Below, in pieces: positions 10,486 to 22,014 of a stretch of 64,000 bases of DNA (positions are counted from its first letter, which is position 1; every line of letters begins with the position of its first letter). Both the position numbers and the translations under genes were made by a program. The stretch is from an uncultured Bacteroidia bacterium (GTDB taxonomy: Bacteria; Bacteroidota; Bacteroidia; NS11-12g; UBA9320). The DNA is taken from assembly GCA_943846675.1 (NCBI GenBank), contig OX044357.1, forward strand, positions 1,408,500-1,472,499, given 5' to 3'. Under the pieces are notes generated by a model. The model was not told where the DNA came from. It was given only the letters and a program-made list of their open reading frames with translations, and did no database searches.

Positions 10486-10501
10486 ATTAGAGCAAAAAAA
10501 A

Positions 10502-10526
10502 GGCCCTTGACTAATCAAGGACCCTG
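10502..10526. terminator. Imperfect hairpin between convergent genes, a possible bidirectional terminator
   Basis: ggcccttga-ctaa-tcaaggaccc, flanked by an A8 run on one side and a T-rich tract on the other. Confidence 0.4.
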
Positions 10527-10543
10527 AGTATTTATCTAAGTTC

Positions 10544-11062
10544 TTATTTTTCCTCAAAACCGTAATGGCTAGAATACGATTTCAATTGTTTACGTAATCT
10601 TCTTTTGGCTACAAAAATGCGTGTTTTAACTGTTCCAATCGGAATATCTAGTTCTTCTGCAATCTCATGATATTTAAAGCCTTCCATGTTTAATTCAAAA
10701 GTTACTTTCAAGTCTTCAGGTAGAGTAGCTATAGCTTCCTGTATATCTTCAGCAAGAAATTTGCCTTCACCACCATTTTCAGTGCTGTGGTTGGCAGAAT
10801 CTAAGAAGTATGTATTGTCGGTCGTATCGATAAATGTATTACGACGCATAATTCGTCTGTAATTATTTATGAAGCTGTTGCGCATTATGGTGTATAACCA
10901 ACCTTTAAGGTTTGTACCTTCTTTAAACTTGGTCTGGTAGGTTAATGCTTTCAACATGGTTTCCTGAACCAAATCATTGGCATCTTCAGAATTCTTAGTG
11001 AGTTGTAAAGCGTAACTATTTAGTGCGTTATGTTCGTTGTGAATTTTTGTCGAGATGTCCAT
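10544..11062 (-). CDS. RNA polymerase sigma-70 factor, ECF subfamily
   Basis: Region 2 (LVQETMLKALTYQTKF...WLYTIMRNSFINNYRR) and a region 4 HTH (IPIGTVKTRIFVAKRRLRKQL). No anti-sigma gene lies downstream on the same strand. Confidence 0.85.
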   Translation of the reverse strand: MDISTKIHNEHNALNSYALQLTKNSEDANDLVQETMLKALTYQTKFKEGTNLKGWLYTIMRNSFINNYRRIMRRNTFIDTTDNTYFLDSANHSTENGGEGKFLAEDIQEAIATLPEDLKVTFELNMEGFKYHEIAEELDIPIGTVKTRIFVAKRRLRKQLKSYSSHYGFEEK

Positions 11063-11288
11063 GTTTCTGTTTTTTTGTTAGTCCAAATATAGAAGCGATA
11101 TGTGTATGTACAAGTAATTTTCTGTCATCCCCATGTAAAGGCCCAATATAGGGGTTTAAATAACTGTTTATCAGTATTTTGAAATCATATAAATAAACCT
11201 TATCTGGGTATGTGATTTTCCTATTTGTTTAACTTTTGACTAATAACGTGCAACAAAAGGGCCAAACGCAATCTGCGCCAGAATAGCA

Positions 11289-11323
11289 TTTTTTGTCCAT
11301 TTTTGTCATGAATTTTTGTCATC
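11289..11323. promoter_or_regulatory. Three direct repeats of TTTTTGTCA(T) in the divergent sigE-like / queD intergenic region
   Basis: ttttgtccat ttttgtcatg aatttttgtcat, spaced 10 and 13 bp, about 75 bp upstream of the queD-like start. Confidence 0.35.
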
Positions 11324-11399
11324 TTCTGTCAGAATTTATTGAACTACGATTTGAGTTTGACGATATTTGCATGAAAGGATTCAACCCTCATTTTTTTCT

Positions 11400-11807
11400 A
11401 TGAAAGTTTCAGTATACAGAAAAGCACATTTCAACGCTGCGCATCGATTACATGTAGCAGATTGGCCTGATGATAAAAATAAAGCGGTTTTTGGCAAGTG
11501 CAATATGCCTAACTATCATGGTCACAATTATGTGATGGAAGTTAAACTTACTGGAGAAATTGACCCCAAAACAGGCTATGTCATGGATTTGGGCATTCTA
11601 AAATCTATAATGGAAGCAGAAGTGATTGAGCGCTATGATCACCGAAACTTAAACTTGGATGTCCCAGACTTTAAAGACTTAAACCCAACCGTTGAAAATA
11701 TCGCCGTTACTATCTATAATCGACTAAGAAAAAAGATTGATGAACAACTTACCCTTGGTTTACGTTTGTATGAAACTGAAAGAAACTTTGTTGACATAGA
11801 AGAATAG
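11400..11807 (+). CDS. 6-carboxytetrahydropterin / 6-pyruvoyltetrahydropterin synthase family (QueD/PTPS)
   Basis: The Cx5HGH zinc motif (CNMPNYHGHNY) and HRLHVADWPDD are typical of the QueD/PTPS fold. ATG at 11400. Confidence 0.8.
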   Translation: MKVSVYRKAHFNAAHRLHVADWPDDKNKAVFGKCNMPNYHGHNYVMEVKLTGEIDPKTGYVMDLGILKSIMEAEVIERYDHRNLNLDVPDFKDLNPTVENIAVTIYNRLRKKIDEQLTLGLRLYETERNFVDIEE

Positions 11808-11811
11808 AATT

Positions 11812-12426
11812 ATGGATGATAACACGAAAACTCCCTTAAAGGCAAACGCCTTTGATTTAACGGACGACCAGAAAGTTGAAAAGATTGAGAAACATGTAGA
11901 GTCTATACTGGATATTTTAGGCATGGATTTAACGGATGATAGTATATCCAAAACACCTCATAGAGTCGCAAAAATGTATGTTAAGGAAATTTTTAGCGGA
12001 CTCAATCCAGCCAACAAACCGTCTGTAACCTTATTTGAGAATAAGTATAAGTACAGCCAGATGCTGGTTGAAAAAGAAATTGCCGTTTTTTCTACATGCG
12101 AGCATCACCTCGTACCTATTTATGGTAAGGCACACGTAGCATACATCTCAAATGGTGAGGTAATCGGGTTGTCTAAAATAAATAGGATTGTCAAGTACTA
12201 TTGTAAAAGACCCCAGGTTCAGGAGCGTCTTACACGACAAATCGCTGCAGAATTGCGTTCAACGTTAAAAACGGAGGATGTTGCTGTTGTTATAGATGCT
12301 TCCCACATGTGTGTAGCTGCACGTGGAGTTGAGGATGTTAATTCATCAACGGTTACAGCCGATCTTAGTGGACAGTTTTTAAAAGAAGCCACGCGTATGG
12401 AATTCTTACGCTACATCGGTTACTAA
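11812..12426 (+). CDS. folE: GTP cyclohydrolase I
   Basis: The signature STCEHHLVPIYGKAHVAYI and QVQERLT are canonical FolE motifs. Confidence 0.9.
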   Translation: MDDNTKTPLKANAFDLTDDQKVEKIEKHVESILDILGMDLTDDSISKTPHRVAKMYVKEIFSGLNPANKPSVTLFENKYKYSQMLVEKEIAVFSTCEHHLVPIYGKAHVAYISNGEVIGLSKINRIVKYYCKRPQVQERLTRQIAAELRSTLKTEDVAVVIDASHMCVAARGVEDVNSSTVTADLSGQFLKEATRMEFLRYIGY

Positions 12427-12479
12427 TTTCGTCCTAAAACAATTTTTTGACTTTCTTTGTCCGAACGAATTTTTCGGAT

Positions 12480-15400
12480 ATGAGAAACAACATTACCTGC
12501 GCCATTTTGGTGTTACTTTCTTTTGCTGGTTTTGCTCAGCAACCAACAGCTGAATTGCAGCAATATCAGTCAAAAACAAATAAGTTCTATTGGAAGAACA
12601 GAACCCCAATTCCGGGGTATTGGCAACAAGATGTTCATTATAAAATGAACGTTGTTGTCGACGACAAAGAAGAATCCATAGGAGGGACGGAGCAATTAAC
12701 ATATTGGAATAATTCAGATGATGAATTGACGCGTTTGTATTTCCATTTGTACCAGAATGCTTTTACGCCAAACTCATATCTGAAAAACATGCGTGATGCG
12801 GACAAAATAAAAAGTGTTTTTGGTGAGCATGAGCGCAAAGGTGTCAATACGGTTATCAATTCCTTATCTATAAACGGTAAGGCGATGACCTATACCATCG
12901 ACAATTCTATTCTGTACGTTGATCTCGATGAACCCTTGTTGCCGAATTCTGGACTAACAATCGACATTAATTTTAAAACCTTTTGGGATAAAGACGACGG
13001 TGGCAATATCCGTAGAAGGATGAAAACTTTTCGTCACGGAGGGGCAAACGACAACACCTTTTTACATTTCGATGGGGTGCATTGGTATCCAAGAATCTCG
13101 GTATATGATAGAAAATTTGGTTGGACAACTGACCAACATTTAGGTAAAGAGTTTTACGGCGACTACGGCATATTTGAAGTAGACATAACATTCCCGAATC
13201 AATACGTTGTTGAAGCTACTGGTGTTCTTCAAAACGAAAAAGAAATGTACCCTGGCGATTTGCGTCAGCGATTGGACATCAAAAACTTCGAAAAAAGAAA
13301 GGCAGCATACTCCAACCCGATTACCCCAGACGGTTCAACTAAAACATGGAAGTTTAAAGCCATTAATGTGCACGATTTTGCCTTTACGGCTGACCCTACT
13401 TACCGTATCGGTGAAGTGGTTTGGAATAAGGTTCGTTGCATTGCTTTGGCGCAAGAAGAACACGCCCATGCTTGGCAGCCATCTGCTCAATATGTAGCCG
13501 ACGTAGTTAAAGCCTATTCAACCAAGGTTGGCATGTTTGCTTACCCAAAAATGATTGCAGCTGATGCTAGAGACGGTATGGAATATCCTATGTTAACCCT
13601 TGATGGGGGATCGTTTCCTGGTCACAAAGGATTAATTGCACATGAGGTAGGTCACAACTGGTTTTTTGGTATGGTGGGAAATAACGAAACCTATCGCGCA
13701 TCATTGGATGAAGGATTTACGCAATTCCTAACGGCCATGTCCATGAAGACGATTGATGGGATTAACTATATGCCTAATTACAGAGATGATCAAACGGTTT
13801 TTTACGGCTACATGGCGCACGCTACCGGCGATAATACTGCCCGGTTAAATATGCACTCAGATCATTTCAATTCTGCCGCACGACATGGCGGTGGCTACGG
13901 ACAAGTGTATTACAAAACAGCAACTATGTTGTATAACTTGCAGTATATTTTAGGAGATGAGTTGTTTGCCGAAGCATTTTCTAACTACTTTAACCAGTGG
14001 AAAATATGTCATCCGTATTGGGAAGATTTTAGAAACTCCATTATCCAATATACCGAGGTTGACTTAAACTGGTTTTTTGATGAATGGTTGGAAAACAATT
14101 CATTTATCGATTATAGCGTCAAAAGCGTAAAACGTGTCGAAGGAGACCAATATGCGATTACGTTTGAGCGTAAAGGCGATCCAATGCCGATTGATTTTAC
14201 GGTAATCGACAAAGCTGGACAGCAGCATCATTACTATATACCCAATAGTTATTTCGAGAAAAAAACCAAAGCGACGGTATTGCCTAAATGGACAGGTTGG
14301 GACTTAGTTAACCAAAACTATACGGCTACAGTGACCATTACTGGTGGTATAAAGGATGTTATCATTGATGTTAGCGGTCGAATGGCAGATATCAATAGGT
14401 TAGACAACAGCAAAAAGATGCCCGTCTATTGGTCGTATGATCGCTTGCAATATGGTCCAACTACGTTCCGCAAGTACGTTGCGAAGTATAGACTTGATGG
14501 TTGGTATAACGCTATTGACGGTGTTAAAATTGGTGCGAAATTCTCAGGAAACTATTTCAACCATAAACACCTTGTTAAAGCTCGGGTCTTGTATAATACT
14601 GGTCTTGAGTTTCTTGGTACGGATGAGGCGTTGGTTGAAGACAGAGATCCTATTTCTTATGAAGTTGACTACAAGTCGAAAGTTGCAGACCATACAAACC
14701 TTAAGTTGTCTTCTAGGTGGATGGCTGGGTGGTTGTACCATTCTGTTGGCCTAAATAAACAAACCCACAAAGGATTGATAGAACTGGATTTCGCAAGTGC
14801 TAAACGCAACAATACAAGCTATCTGTTGTACCCTGAATTTGCAAATAATGGTTTGGACAATTGGGTTAACCTTTCCTTTACCAGAGCCTATAAACAGTTT
14901 AACGGAGGTGGAAGTTTAAAACTTAAAACCCAAGCTCCTGTAATCTTTTCTGATTATGCCTATGCAAGTGTTTCGGCTGAATTAAAAAATAACCAAAATG
15001 TAAAGCGAATGGTGCTTCGTACAAGAGCGTTTGCACAATACATCTCTGGTACCAATGTTGCCCCTGAAGCCATGTTGCAATTAAGTGTTGCCAATACCTA
15101 CCAATTAATGGATAACCGCTATTCGCGAGCCATCGGTTGGTTGTCGCCAGACCAATTGATTCACAATCGAGATGGTAACAACGTTCACCAAGGTGGTGGT
15201 TTGAATTTACGTGGATATTCAGGCGTTGCGGCTACCAACATTCAAGGTAGCGATACGTTTTTTAGTTATGCTGGAAGAAGTGGGGCAGCGGTAAATGCCG
15301 AGCTTGATTTTGGAAGATATATCAATCCAAAGCTTGGTAAGGTTGGAAGAATCGTTCAAATCAACCCATACATATTTACAGATGTAGGTGTGTTGGGTGT

Positions 15401-15599
15401 AAAGGATGATCTGACCAGTGGATTGCGCATGGACGCAGGTGTTGGTGCCAATTTTGCCCTACAGTTCAATAGAAGGTTTTCAAGCATGAAACCATTAAAT
15501 ATTCGTTTTGACATGCCATTCTTCTTAAATAGGATTCCTGAAGAGCAGTCTGAATACGTTCAGATGAGATATGTGTTTGGCGTTAACCGCGCTTTTTAA
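12480..15599 (+). CDS. M1-family (gluzincin) metallopeptidase with a ~500-aa C-terminal domain of unknown function ending in Phe
   Basis: Signal peptide [25 protein letters not shown]-like DGMEYPM, HEXXH ([10 protein letters not shown]) and the third-ligand motif LDEGFTQF all fit M1. The C-terminal half is rich in predicted beta structure and ends ...GVNRAF. Confidence 0.7.
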   Translation: MRNNITCAILVLLSFAGFAQQPTAELQQYQSKTNKFYWKNRTPIPGYWQQDVHYKMNVVVDDKEESIGGTEQLTYWNNSDDELTRLYFHLYQNAFTPNSYLKNMRDADKIKSVFGEHERKGVNTVINSLSINGKAMTYTIDNSILYVDLDEPLLPNSGLTIDINFKTFWDKDDGGNIRRRMKTFRHGGANDNTFLHFDGVHWYPRISVYDRKFGWTTDQHLGKEFYGDYGIFEVDITFPNQYVVEATGVLQNEKEMYPGDLRQRLDIKNFEKRKAAYSNPITPDGSTKTWKFKAINVHDFAFTADPTYRIGEVVWNKVRCIALAQEEHAHAWQPSAQYVADVVKAYSTKVGMFAYPKMIAADARDGMEYPMLTLDGGSFPGHKGLIAHEVGHNWFFGMVGNNETYRASLDEGFTQFLTAMSMKTIDGINYMPNYRDDQTVFYGYMAHATGDNTARLNMHSDHFNSAARHGGGYGQVYYKTATMLYNLQYILGDELFAEAFSNYFNQWKICHPYWEDFRNSIIQYTEVDLNWFFDEWLENNSFIDYSVKSVKRVEGDQYAITFERKGDPMPIDFTVIDKAGQQHHYYIPNSYFEKKTKATVLPKWTGWDLVNQNYTATVTITGGIKDVIIDVSGRMADINRLDNSKKMPVYWSYDRLQYGPTTFRKYVAKYRLDGWYNAIDGVKIGAKFSGNYFNHKHLVKARVLYNTGLEFLGTDEALVEDRDPISYEVDYKSKVADHTNLKLSSRWMAGWLYHSVGLNKQTHKGLIELDFASAKRNNTSYLLYPEFANNGLDNWVNLSFTRAYKQFNGGGSLKLKTQAPVIFSDYAYASVSAELKNNQNVKRMVLRTRAFAQYISGTNVAPEAMLQLSVANTYQLMDNRYSRAIGWLSPDQLIHNRDGNNVHQGGGLNLRGYSGVAATNIQGSDTFFSYAGRSGAAVNAELDFGRYINPKLGKVGRIVQINPYIFTDVGVLGVKDDLTSGLRMDAGVGANFALQFNRRFSSMKPLNIRFDMPFFLNRIPEEQSEYVQMRYVFGVNRAF

Positions 15600-16252
15600 T
15601 GATTAAATTAGAAAACATACACAAACAGTTTGGCGCTGTAAAAGTGATAAATGGTGTTGACTTAACCGTTAATGCCTCTGAAGTGGTAAGTATTGTCGGT
15701 GCCTCGGGTGCGGGCAAAACAACGCTGTTACAAATTCTTGGCACGCTAGATAAACCCGACAAAGGAGAAGTCTTTTACGAAGGCCAAGCTATATCAAGTT
15801 TAACGCATAAAAATTTAGCCAAGTTTAGGAATGAGAACATCGGATTTATATTCCAGTTTCATCACTTGTTACCTGAGTTTACCGCGGTCGAGAATGTATG
15901 TATTCCAGCCTATATTGGTAAAAAGTCACGACAAGAAAGTGAAACACGTGCCAAAGAATTATTAGACTTTTTAGGTCTTTCTCATCGTCTGGAGCATAAA
16001 CCAAATCAATTAAGTGGTGGGGAGCAGCAGCGTGTTGCTGTAGCTCGTGCATTGATGAATAAACCTTTAGTCATACTGGCGGATGAACCTTCAGGTAATC
16101 TAGATACTGAGAATGCCAATGAGTTGCATCAATTGTTTTTTGATTTAAGAGATGAGTTTAAGCAGACCTTTGTGATTGTAACACATAATAACCAACTCGC
16201 TGATAGTGCTGATCGAAAAATCGTGATGAAAGACGGCCAATTGTTGGTCTAG
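15599..16252 (+). CDS. ABC transporter ATP-binding protein (LolD-like)
   Basis: Walker [36 protein letters not shown]. The start overlaps the peptidase stop (ATGA). Confidence 0.85.
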   Translation: MIKLENIHKQFGAVKVINGVDLTVNASEVVSIVGASGAGKTTLLQILGTLDKPDKGEVFYEGQAISSLTHKNLAKFRNENIGFIFQFHHLLPEFTAVENVCIPAYIGKKSRQESETRAKELLDFLGLSHRLEHKPNQLSGGEQQRVAVARALMNKPLVILADEPSGNLDTENANELHQLFFDLRDEFKQTFVIVTHNNQLADSADRKIVMKDGQLLV

Positions 16253-17385
16253 AAAGCCTCTCCAATGTGGAAGTAAAATCCCATCCCTTCGGACGTAAAC
16301 GCAACATCAAGACGATTGTAAACGTCCTTTTTAGGAAAAATTAAAAACCTGGGTCCAGCGCCAGCTGCCCATCGCAATGGACTGTTGGTGTAGCTATTAA
16401 CATCTGGGAAAACACTGCCTGCAGCAGCAAACATGGCAAAGCCCCACCGTTTAGCAAAAGAAAAAGGTAACATCCGATATTCTATTTGCCCAGCCAATAA
16501 GTTCTTATCTCTATATCGACCAAGGTAATAACCGCGCATTAAGCGTTCGCCTCCCATCATCGCCAAAGAATTAAAAGGGACATCTCCGTTGGTGAATTGA
16601 CCATATACATGAGTGGCCAAAATATTGTTTTTCTTAATTGGGTGATAGAATCTAAAATCTGTAAACCACTGGTCAAACGAAAAAGTACTTCCCCAAGCTG
16701 TATTGCTTTTCAAATAGGCCACTTCCATGTACTTCCCGTGACGCGGATTTAGAACATTGTGTATGTTGTCGTACAATAGACCCCAACCTAAAGACAAGTT
16801 GGTTGAACCATTGCTTCCGGTAGGAATGCCTATGGCTTGTTGATTTCCATCCCACTCAAAATGCACCCGGCTTAAACGCTGGAAATCGACCTCAAATCCC
16901 GTAAAAACTGATGGCGCGATTTGACGTAGAACGCGCTCTCGAAAACGAAATTCAAACGTGTTAACGACTACTTGCTGGTCAAACGGTCTTTGAGGTCCAA
17001 TGCCAAAATAGTTGATAGGGAAGTTTTGAAACCGGATTTCGCCTAAAAAGAAATACTTGTTTTTATCTGTATACAGCGCATGCTCAATTACTGAACCATA
17101 TTGTTGGGCAAGGGTGAGAAACGAGAAAGACTTCATTTCAGACAGTCGATTCGCGGTATCTTGTTTGGCTCTGTACACGAGCAATCCACTTACACCAACT
17201 TCCCAGCTAGTTTCTGGTGTAAATGCCAGCGTAGGGTAGGCAATAAACTTTGGTTTAGCCGGAGGACTAGTATCCATCAAGGTGTATCTCAAGTATTTTG
17301 CCAATATGTTTTGACTACTTGCGCTTAACGGGAATAAGACGAGAAGTGCAAAGACTATAAAACAGTGTCTTTTGATTATTTCCAT
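16249..17385 (-). CDS. Hypothetical outer-membrane beta-barrel protein
   Basis: Signal peptide; alternating amphipathic beta pattern; C-terminal ...HIGEAF (aromatic terminus). Confidence 0.45.
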   Translation of the reverse strand: MEIIKRHCFIVFALLVLFPLSASSQNILAKYLRYTLMDTSPPAKPKFIAYPTLAFTPETSWEVGVSGLLVYRAKQDTANRLSEMKSFSFLTLAQQYGSVIEHALYTDKNKYFFLGEIRFQNFPINYFGIGPQRPFDQQVVVNTFEFRFRERVLRQIAPSVFTGFEVDFQRLSRVHFEWDGNQQAIGIPTGSNGSTNLSLGWGLLYDNIHNVLNPRHGKYMEVAYLKSNTAWGSTFSFDQWFTDFRFYHPIKKNNILATHVYGQFTNGDVPFNSLAMMGGERLMRGYYLGRYRDKNLLAGQIEYRMLPFSFAKRWGFAMFAAAGSVFPDVNSYTNSPLRWAAGAGPRFLIFPKKDVYNRLDVAFTSEGMGFYFHIGEAF

Positions 17386-17918
17386 TTACGGTTGATGATT
17401 TTACCTGCGCGGTTTTTAAAACCGGCGCTCTCTTCGTTAAGGTTTTCAGAAATACTGGCGACCAACTCATCATACAATGCTGGGTATATTTTACTTACAT
17501 TGTAAATGGTGGTCATGGCGAAAACACGAATGGCTATGGCGTTCGATCTGTTTTGCAGATGGCGAAAAGCAATATCTACCACTCGACCTGATTGGTTTTC
17601 ATTGAAGGTTGCATATTGGAACATTCTAAAAATGCAGCGTTTAACGGCGTCATGACGATTTGAATCCAACGCGTCTACTAAGTCGTCGATAAATGGTAGA
17701 ACAAGGTCTCGATTTAAATCCGACATGTGGCGGATTATTTCGGCACATGTTTGGCTCAACCGATCAGTTTCTTCAAGCAAAAAATCAAATAACCAACGCA
17801 CAACCTTTTCATCATTGACATAAGTTGTTGCAAATTCTTGCCAGAAATTTTTATGATAACTAACAGATAGCTGTTCCCTTAATGCGGTTTTAGCCTCTGG
17901 TTCTCTAATGTCAATCAT
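17376..17918 (-). CDS. Hypothetical protein, possibly a HEAT/ARM-like helical repeat
   Basis: 180 aa, helical. I recognise no confident family. Confidence 0.35.
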   Translation of the reverse strand: MIDIREPEAKTALREQLSVSYHKNFWQEFATTYVNDEKVVRWLFDFLLEETDRLSQTCAEIIRHMSDLNRDLVLPFIDDLVDALDSNRHDAVKRCIFRMFQYATFNENQSGRVVDIAFRHLQNRSNAIAIRVFAMTTIYNVSKIYPALYDELVASISENLNEESAGFKNRAGKIINRKWK

Positions 17919-17987
17919 TCAAACGCAGTTTTAGTTCTTTTAAGTAAACCGTGCCATATTTTAAAATACGTTTGTGTTGGTGAGCCA

Positions 17988-18260
17988 CTAATCGTGCACA
18001 ATTTTACATGTTGGACATTCATACCCCGAACTTCCTTTTTGTAAGGTGATGCCTTTTACCCGCTCGACTACAAATTTTTGAATAAAGGAATGGTTGGCCT
18101 CATGGTTGTTGACATCAACTTGTTTGTCTTTATACATTTCACGAATCACGTTGTCGTACTGTTGGTTCCCCCAGCAATTAGGGCATAGGCCTTCTGGGGC
18201 CTCTTTGTCCGTTGACTCACTTTTACTAAAGTATTGTATAAGGTTGGTGATTAGCTGCAT
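17988..18260 (-). CDS. Hypothetical small protein with CPNC...CPTC zinc-ribbon-like cysteines
   Basis: 90-aa ORF with two CxxC pairs. Confidence 0.35.
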   Translation of the reverse strand: MQLITNLIQYFSKSESTDKEAPEGLCPNCWGNQQYDNVIREMYKDKQVDVNNHEANHSFIQKFVVERVKGITLQKGSSGYECPTCKIVHD

Positions 18261-18331
18261 AAGATATTGATGAAATTAAAGGTCAAATATAAACTTTACT
18301 ACATGCAATTCTGAGCAGTAAATTAAGTGGG

Positions 18332-19582
18332 TTACTCCTGAAAATTGACAAAGTTTTTGTTCGGAAATTCAAACAACTCCAAGTCAAAATAAGACACCGC
18401 AGCAACGATATGATCAAATATGTCAGACATAATGTGCTCATAATTCTCCCATCGTTTGTCTGCACTAAACGTATACAATTCAATGGGCCAGCCTTGTCCG
18501 GTGGGTTCCAGCTGACGGACCATCAGGGTCATATTTTTATTTATCGCTGGGTGATTCATCAGGTAGGACTCAATATACTTTCTGAATAATCCAATATTGG
18601 TCAAATTACGTCCGTTAATGGGCACAGATTTGTCTACGTTGTTCGAAGCATTAAACCGTTCGATATCGTTTTTTCGTGTTTCGATGTAAGCCGATATCAA
18701 TTGAATCTTTTTTAGGCCTTCCAAATCAGCGTCATTCATAAATCGAACGCTATCTTGTTTAATTTTAATGGAACGTTTTATTCTTCGTCCATCACTTTCC
18801 ATCATACCGCGCCAGTTTCTAAACGAGTCAGATATCAATGCATACGTCGGAATGGTGGTAATCGTTTTATCAAAGTTTTGGACCTTAACCGTGGCAAGGT
18901 TTATCTCAATGACATCGCCATCCGCTCCAAACTTGTCAAAGGTTACCCAATCGCCTATGCGCACCATGTCATTAATTGAGACTTGAATGCTGGCTACAAA
19001 ACCTAAAATGGTGTCTTTAAAAATCAGTAGAATTATAGCTGAAGCAGCTCCTAAACCTGTAACAAATCGCAGAAATTCAATACCCGTAACAATGGCAAAT
19101 ACCGACATTAAGCCAATAATCCAGGCAAAAATCATGAACACCTGAATGTAGCTGTCTATTGGTTTATCTTTAAGGTTCGGTATGGTTTTAAAGAAGTCTT
19201 CTAGCGTTTTTAGCACACTGCGTGTGATGACCAGTATCAGAATGACACCACAAACTTTGAGGCCTTTATCCCAATAAATGGCATAAGGCTCAAAATCGGT
19301 AAAGACATACGGTGTGACTTTAAATGCCAGCACCAACGGAATGATGTGTGCCAGATTGCGGGGCACTTTATTTGTCACCAGTAAATCGTCAAAATGTGTT
19401 TTGGAAGATCTTGCGATTTTAGAAATTACTGCAACCAAGAGTTTGCGCAGCCCAAAATCTATTAGCAAAACGAAAAGTAAAATAACTAGAAGCAATACAA
19501 CTAGATTCGTGTATTTGGCTGTGGCTTCAGTAAATCCATTATCGATAAAGAACTGATACAGGGTGTGATTAACTTTATTCAA
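18332..19582 (-). CDS. Mechanosensitive ion channel, MscS family
   Basis: N-terminal TM helices, then the conserved MscS beta-domain ...IRIGDWVTFDKFGADGDVIEINLATVKVQNFDKTITTIPT. Confidence 0.8.
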   Translation of the reverse strand: MNKVNHTLYQFFIDNGFTEATAKYTNLVVLLLVILLFVLLIDFGLRKLLVAVISKIARSSKTHFDDLLVTNKVPRNLAHIIPLVLAFKVTPYVFTDFEPYAIYWDKGLKVCGVILILVITRSVLKTLEDFFKTIPNLKDKPIDSYIQVFMIFAWIIGLMSVFAIVTGIEFLRFVTGLGAASAIILLIFKDTILGFVASIQVSINDMVRIGDWVTFDKFGADGDVIEINLATVKVQNFDKTITTIPTYALISDSFRNWRGMMESDGRRIKRSIKIKQDSVRFMNDADLEGLKKIQLISAYIETRKNDIERFNASNNVDKSVPINGRNLTNIGLFRKYIESYLMNHPAINKNMTLMVRQLEPTGQGWPIELYTFSADKRWENYEHIMSDIFDHIVAAVSYFDLELFEFPNKNFVNFQE

Positions 19583-19659
19583 GATATGTGCAATTTCTTA
19601 GGACAAAGTTACCAAAGAATAGGCAACTACTGCGTTTGGTATCTATTGTTCAATGCGAA

Positions 19660-22014
19660 TTAGGAAATGTAGCTGAACACGTCTTCGACCTCGCGGCGTA
19701 AAGCCATTATTTCAGGCGAGTTCACTTTCGATAACCGAAAGAAGAAAATATCCTTTTGGTCAGCCTTCAGGTTAGCGAGTTGTTTAAAGCGCTCATATTC
19801 TTGTTTGATACCGGGTCTTAGTTCTTCAATTTGACTAAAATCGTCATCATCTATTCTGGCAAAAAGGAATGATGAAATCGACATGGGTTGTAATGCAATA
19901 TCAAGCTGAGAAGCTGCCAACCAAAGTCGTTGGACGGCTATTCCTGCGTCTAAATAATCCGTATGACTTCTACTGGGCATGGTTAACACACCTAGGCACG
20001 ATGCGGCATCAATGGCCTTTTGCGAAAGCTTGCCAAATTCATTTCCGAGACCCCATTTTTTAATGTGTTTGGTTACGTTCCAGTTTTTCGACAAAATAAG
20101 CCCAGCGCGTTCTGTAGCGGTCAAATCAATTGTGTCGATGTCGATACCGTCTCTGGTAGATTGCACTTCATTTTCATTCCACCGAATTTCTTTAGTGAAA
20201 TGCCCATGACCAATTTTGTTGGTCATAAACAGTTTGTCTATTTCGCCAATAATCGATTTGACCTGCTCCATGTCATCCGGGTCGCTAAACAGTTTCATGT
20301 TTGCTCCTTGGATGGATTGCACTGCTTGCGTTAATAGGTCTTTTTGGTGCTGTGGGATGTTTTTTCGCGGTCCTAGGTTCCTGTTTGTACAACGCTTAAA
20401 CACTTGGTCTATCAAATCTGGGAAAGGATGATGCGGTGTTGTTAGAGGCGAAAAAGAGATGCGTGCGATAAGTTGATTGTCTTCGCCAAGCGGGAAATAT
20501 GCTGATTCGGTTTTGAGTTTTCTTTTCTCTGCGGCAAGGGCAATGTTCTCTAATGCAGCGCCAAAGCTTAATAACGATCCAGTATTGTTATAATTAAGTA
20601 TAGAATTGGATCGCTCAACATCATTAAGCAGTAACAAACTCTCGTTTTTATATACCCAATTCCATGGCTGGACATTTCCGCCAGATGGCGCTTGCACCGC
20701 ATATTTAACGATATCCGCAACCACAGACTCTTCTAGTACTATATTGTTTTGGGTGTCGTGATGAAACAGTTTGTCCTGTGCTAGTTGTAATTCTTCTTTA
20801 TAATCAGATAGGTTAATTTTTGGATTATCTATAGCATAATCATCAAGTTGTTTTTTAAGAATATCATTTTCAACCTCATCATTGATTATTGTTTCAACGT
20901 CGACGATGTATCTACCTGACTTGGTGTATTGATTGAGCAAAATGCGTCTACAAACGTCTGTACAAATACCGCCACCAAAAATGACACCGGAGGCCAGTTG
21001 AGGCCACGTGGTAATGCTGCCTTCAATTTCTAGGATGGAAGCCCGCAGTCTTTCCGATGCGGTATCAATTCCAATCATGGGTAACAAGTACGGTACCTTT
21101 TCTTCGTTGGTTTTTGCTTCTTTGACTTTCGACAGATCTAAGTGATCGATTAGGCCATGAAATATTGGCCAATTAGGATCTAAATCAAAACGTTCTACGT
21201 CTGTCGTTCCTCTATCACTCGAGTTCATCACAACAGGAATACCAAGCTTTTTAGCGACCTGTCTGGTTTGGATTTTGGTAACCAATCCATCACAGACTTC
21301 TATGCATACATCAATGCCTCCATTTACAGCGAAGAAGTCGTGCAAATTTGATTCATCAATGCCCTCATGAAAACATTTAACGTCGAGAAAGGGATCTATT
21401 TCTGCAATTTCTCGCGCAACCACAATCGTCTTTTTGGTATTTAGATTTTGTACCCCAGTTTGAATACGGTTAAGGTTTGATAACTCTATGACGTCAAAAT
21501 CTGCCAGTACCAACGAACCACAAATCCGCTCTGTAGCAATGGTTAAGGCAATAGCCTTGCCCACAGACAAACCAATAATCCCAATGGTTTTCTCATGTAA
21601 AATGGCTTCCTCTTGGGGCGTAATTTTATAATGATTGCGGTTGGTTCTGACTTCAATAAAATCAGGTTCGCTAAGAATGTGAACCAATTTTTCCAGCCAA
21701 GGATAATAGGCCCAAATGCCATATTCCTTTTTGTCTTTGTCCGACAGGTAGTTTACAACTTCTTGGTGCAAAGACGCTTCAGTAAATTTAACCTTAGGAC
21801 TTCTAAGTTTTAATAACTCTAATAATTGACCCTCAATTTCATCAATAATCCGTATATAAGGTTTGGCTTTTAATAGCTCTGTAAGTTCATCAGCATCAGC
21901 AGGTTTGGATAAATTGAAAAGTATAGGCTTGCAAACTAATTGATCATCGTTGGTTACGTTCGTTTCTAGATGTGGCATTTTAAGGGGTTGGTTTGTTGTC
22001 AAAAGGTAAAACAT
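19660..22014 (-). CDS. Rv1355c/MoeY-like fusion: ThiF/MoeB (E1-like) nucleotide-binding domain plus a C-terminal nitroreductase-family domain
   Basis: The E1-like region is IGIIGLSVGKAIALTIATERICGSLVLADFDVIELSNLNRIQ (Rossmann fold plus the D-x-D...SNLNRQ motif). The C-terminal half has nitroreductase-like features (RCTNRNLGP..., ...GGNVQPWNW...). Confidence 0.65.
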   Translation of the reverse strand: MFYLLTTNQPLKMPHLETNVTNDDQLVCKPILFNLSKPADADELTELLKAKPYIRIIDEIEGQLLELLKLRSPKVKFTEASLHQEVVNYLSDKDKKEYGIWAYYPWLEKLVHILSEPDFIEVRTNRNHYKITPQEEAILHEKTIGIIGLSVGKAIALTIATERICGSLVLADFDVIELSNLNRIQTGVQNLNTKKTIVVAREIAEIDPFLDVKCFHEGIDESNLHDFFAVNGGIDVCIEVCDGLVTKIQTRQVAKKLGIPVVMNSSDRGTTDVERFDLDPNWPIFHGLIDHLDLSKVKEAKTNEEKVPYLLPMIGIDTASERLRASILEIEGSITTWPQLASGVIFGGGICTDVCRRILLNQYTKSGRYIVDVETIINDEVENDILKKQLDDYAIDNPKINLSDYKEELQLAQDKLFHHDTQNNIVLEESVVADIVKYAVQAPSGGNVQPWNWVYKNESLLLLNDVERSNSILNYNNTGSLLSFGAALENIALAAEKRKLKTESAYFPLGEDNQLIARISFSPLTTPHHPFPDLIDQVFKRCTNRNLGPRKNIPQHQKDLLTQAVQSIQGANMKLFSDPDDMEQVKSIIGEIDKLFMTNKIGHGHFTKEIRWNENEVQSTRDGIDIDTIDLTATERAGLILSKNWNVTKHIKKWGLGNEFGKLSQKAIDAASCLGVLTMPSRSHTDYLDAGIAVQRLWLAASQLDIALQPMSISSFLFARIDDDDFSQIEELRPGIKQEYERFKQLANLKADQKDIFFFRLSKVNSPEIMALRREVEDVFSYIS

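Noticed and set aside
18283-18483. 66-aa ORF overlapping the 3' end of the MscS gene
   Set aside because: It is out of frame and overlaps a confident CDS on the same strand, with no features of its own.
19869-20431. Cluster of four small plus-strand ORFs (64-104 aa) at 19869-20431
   Set aside because: All lie antisense within the 784-aa E1/nitroreductase CDS. Their composition mirrors the sense gene, so they are likely non-coding.
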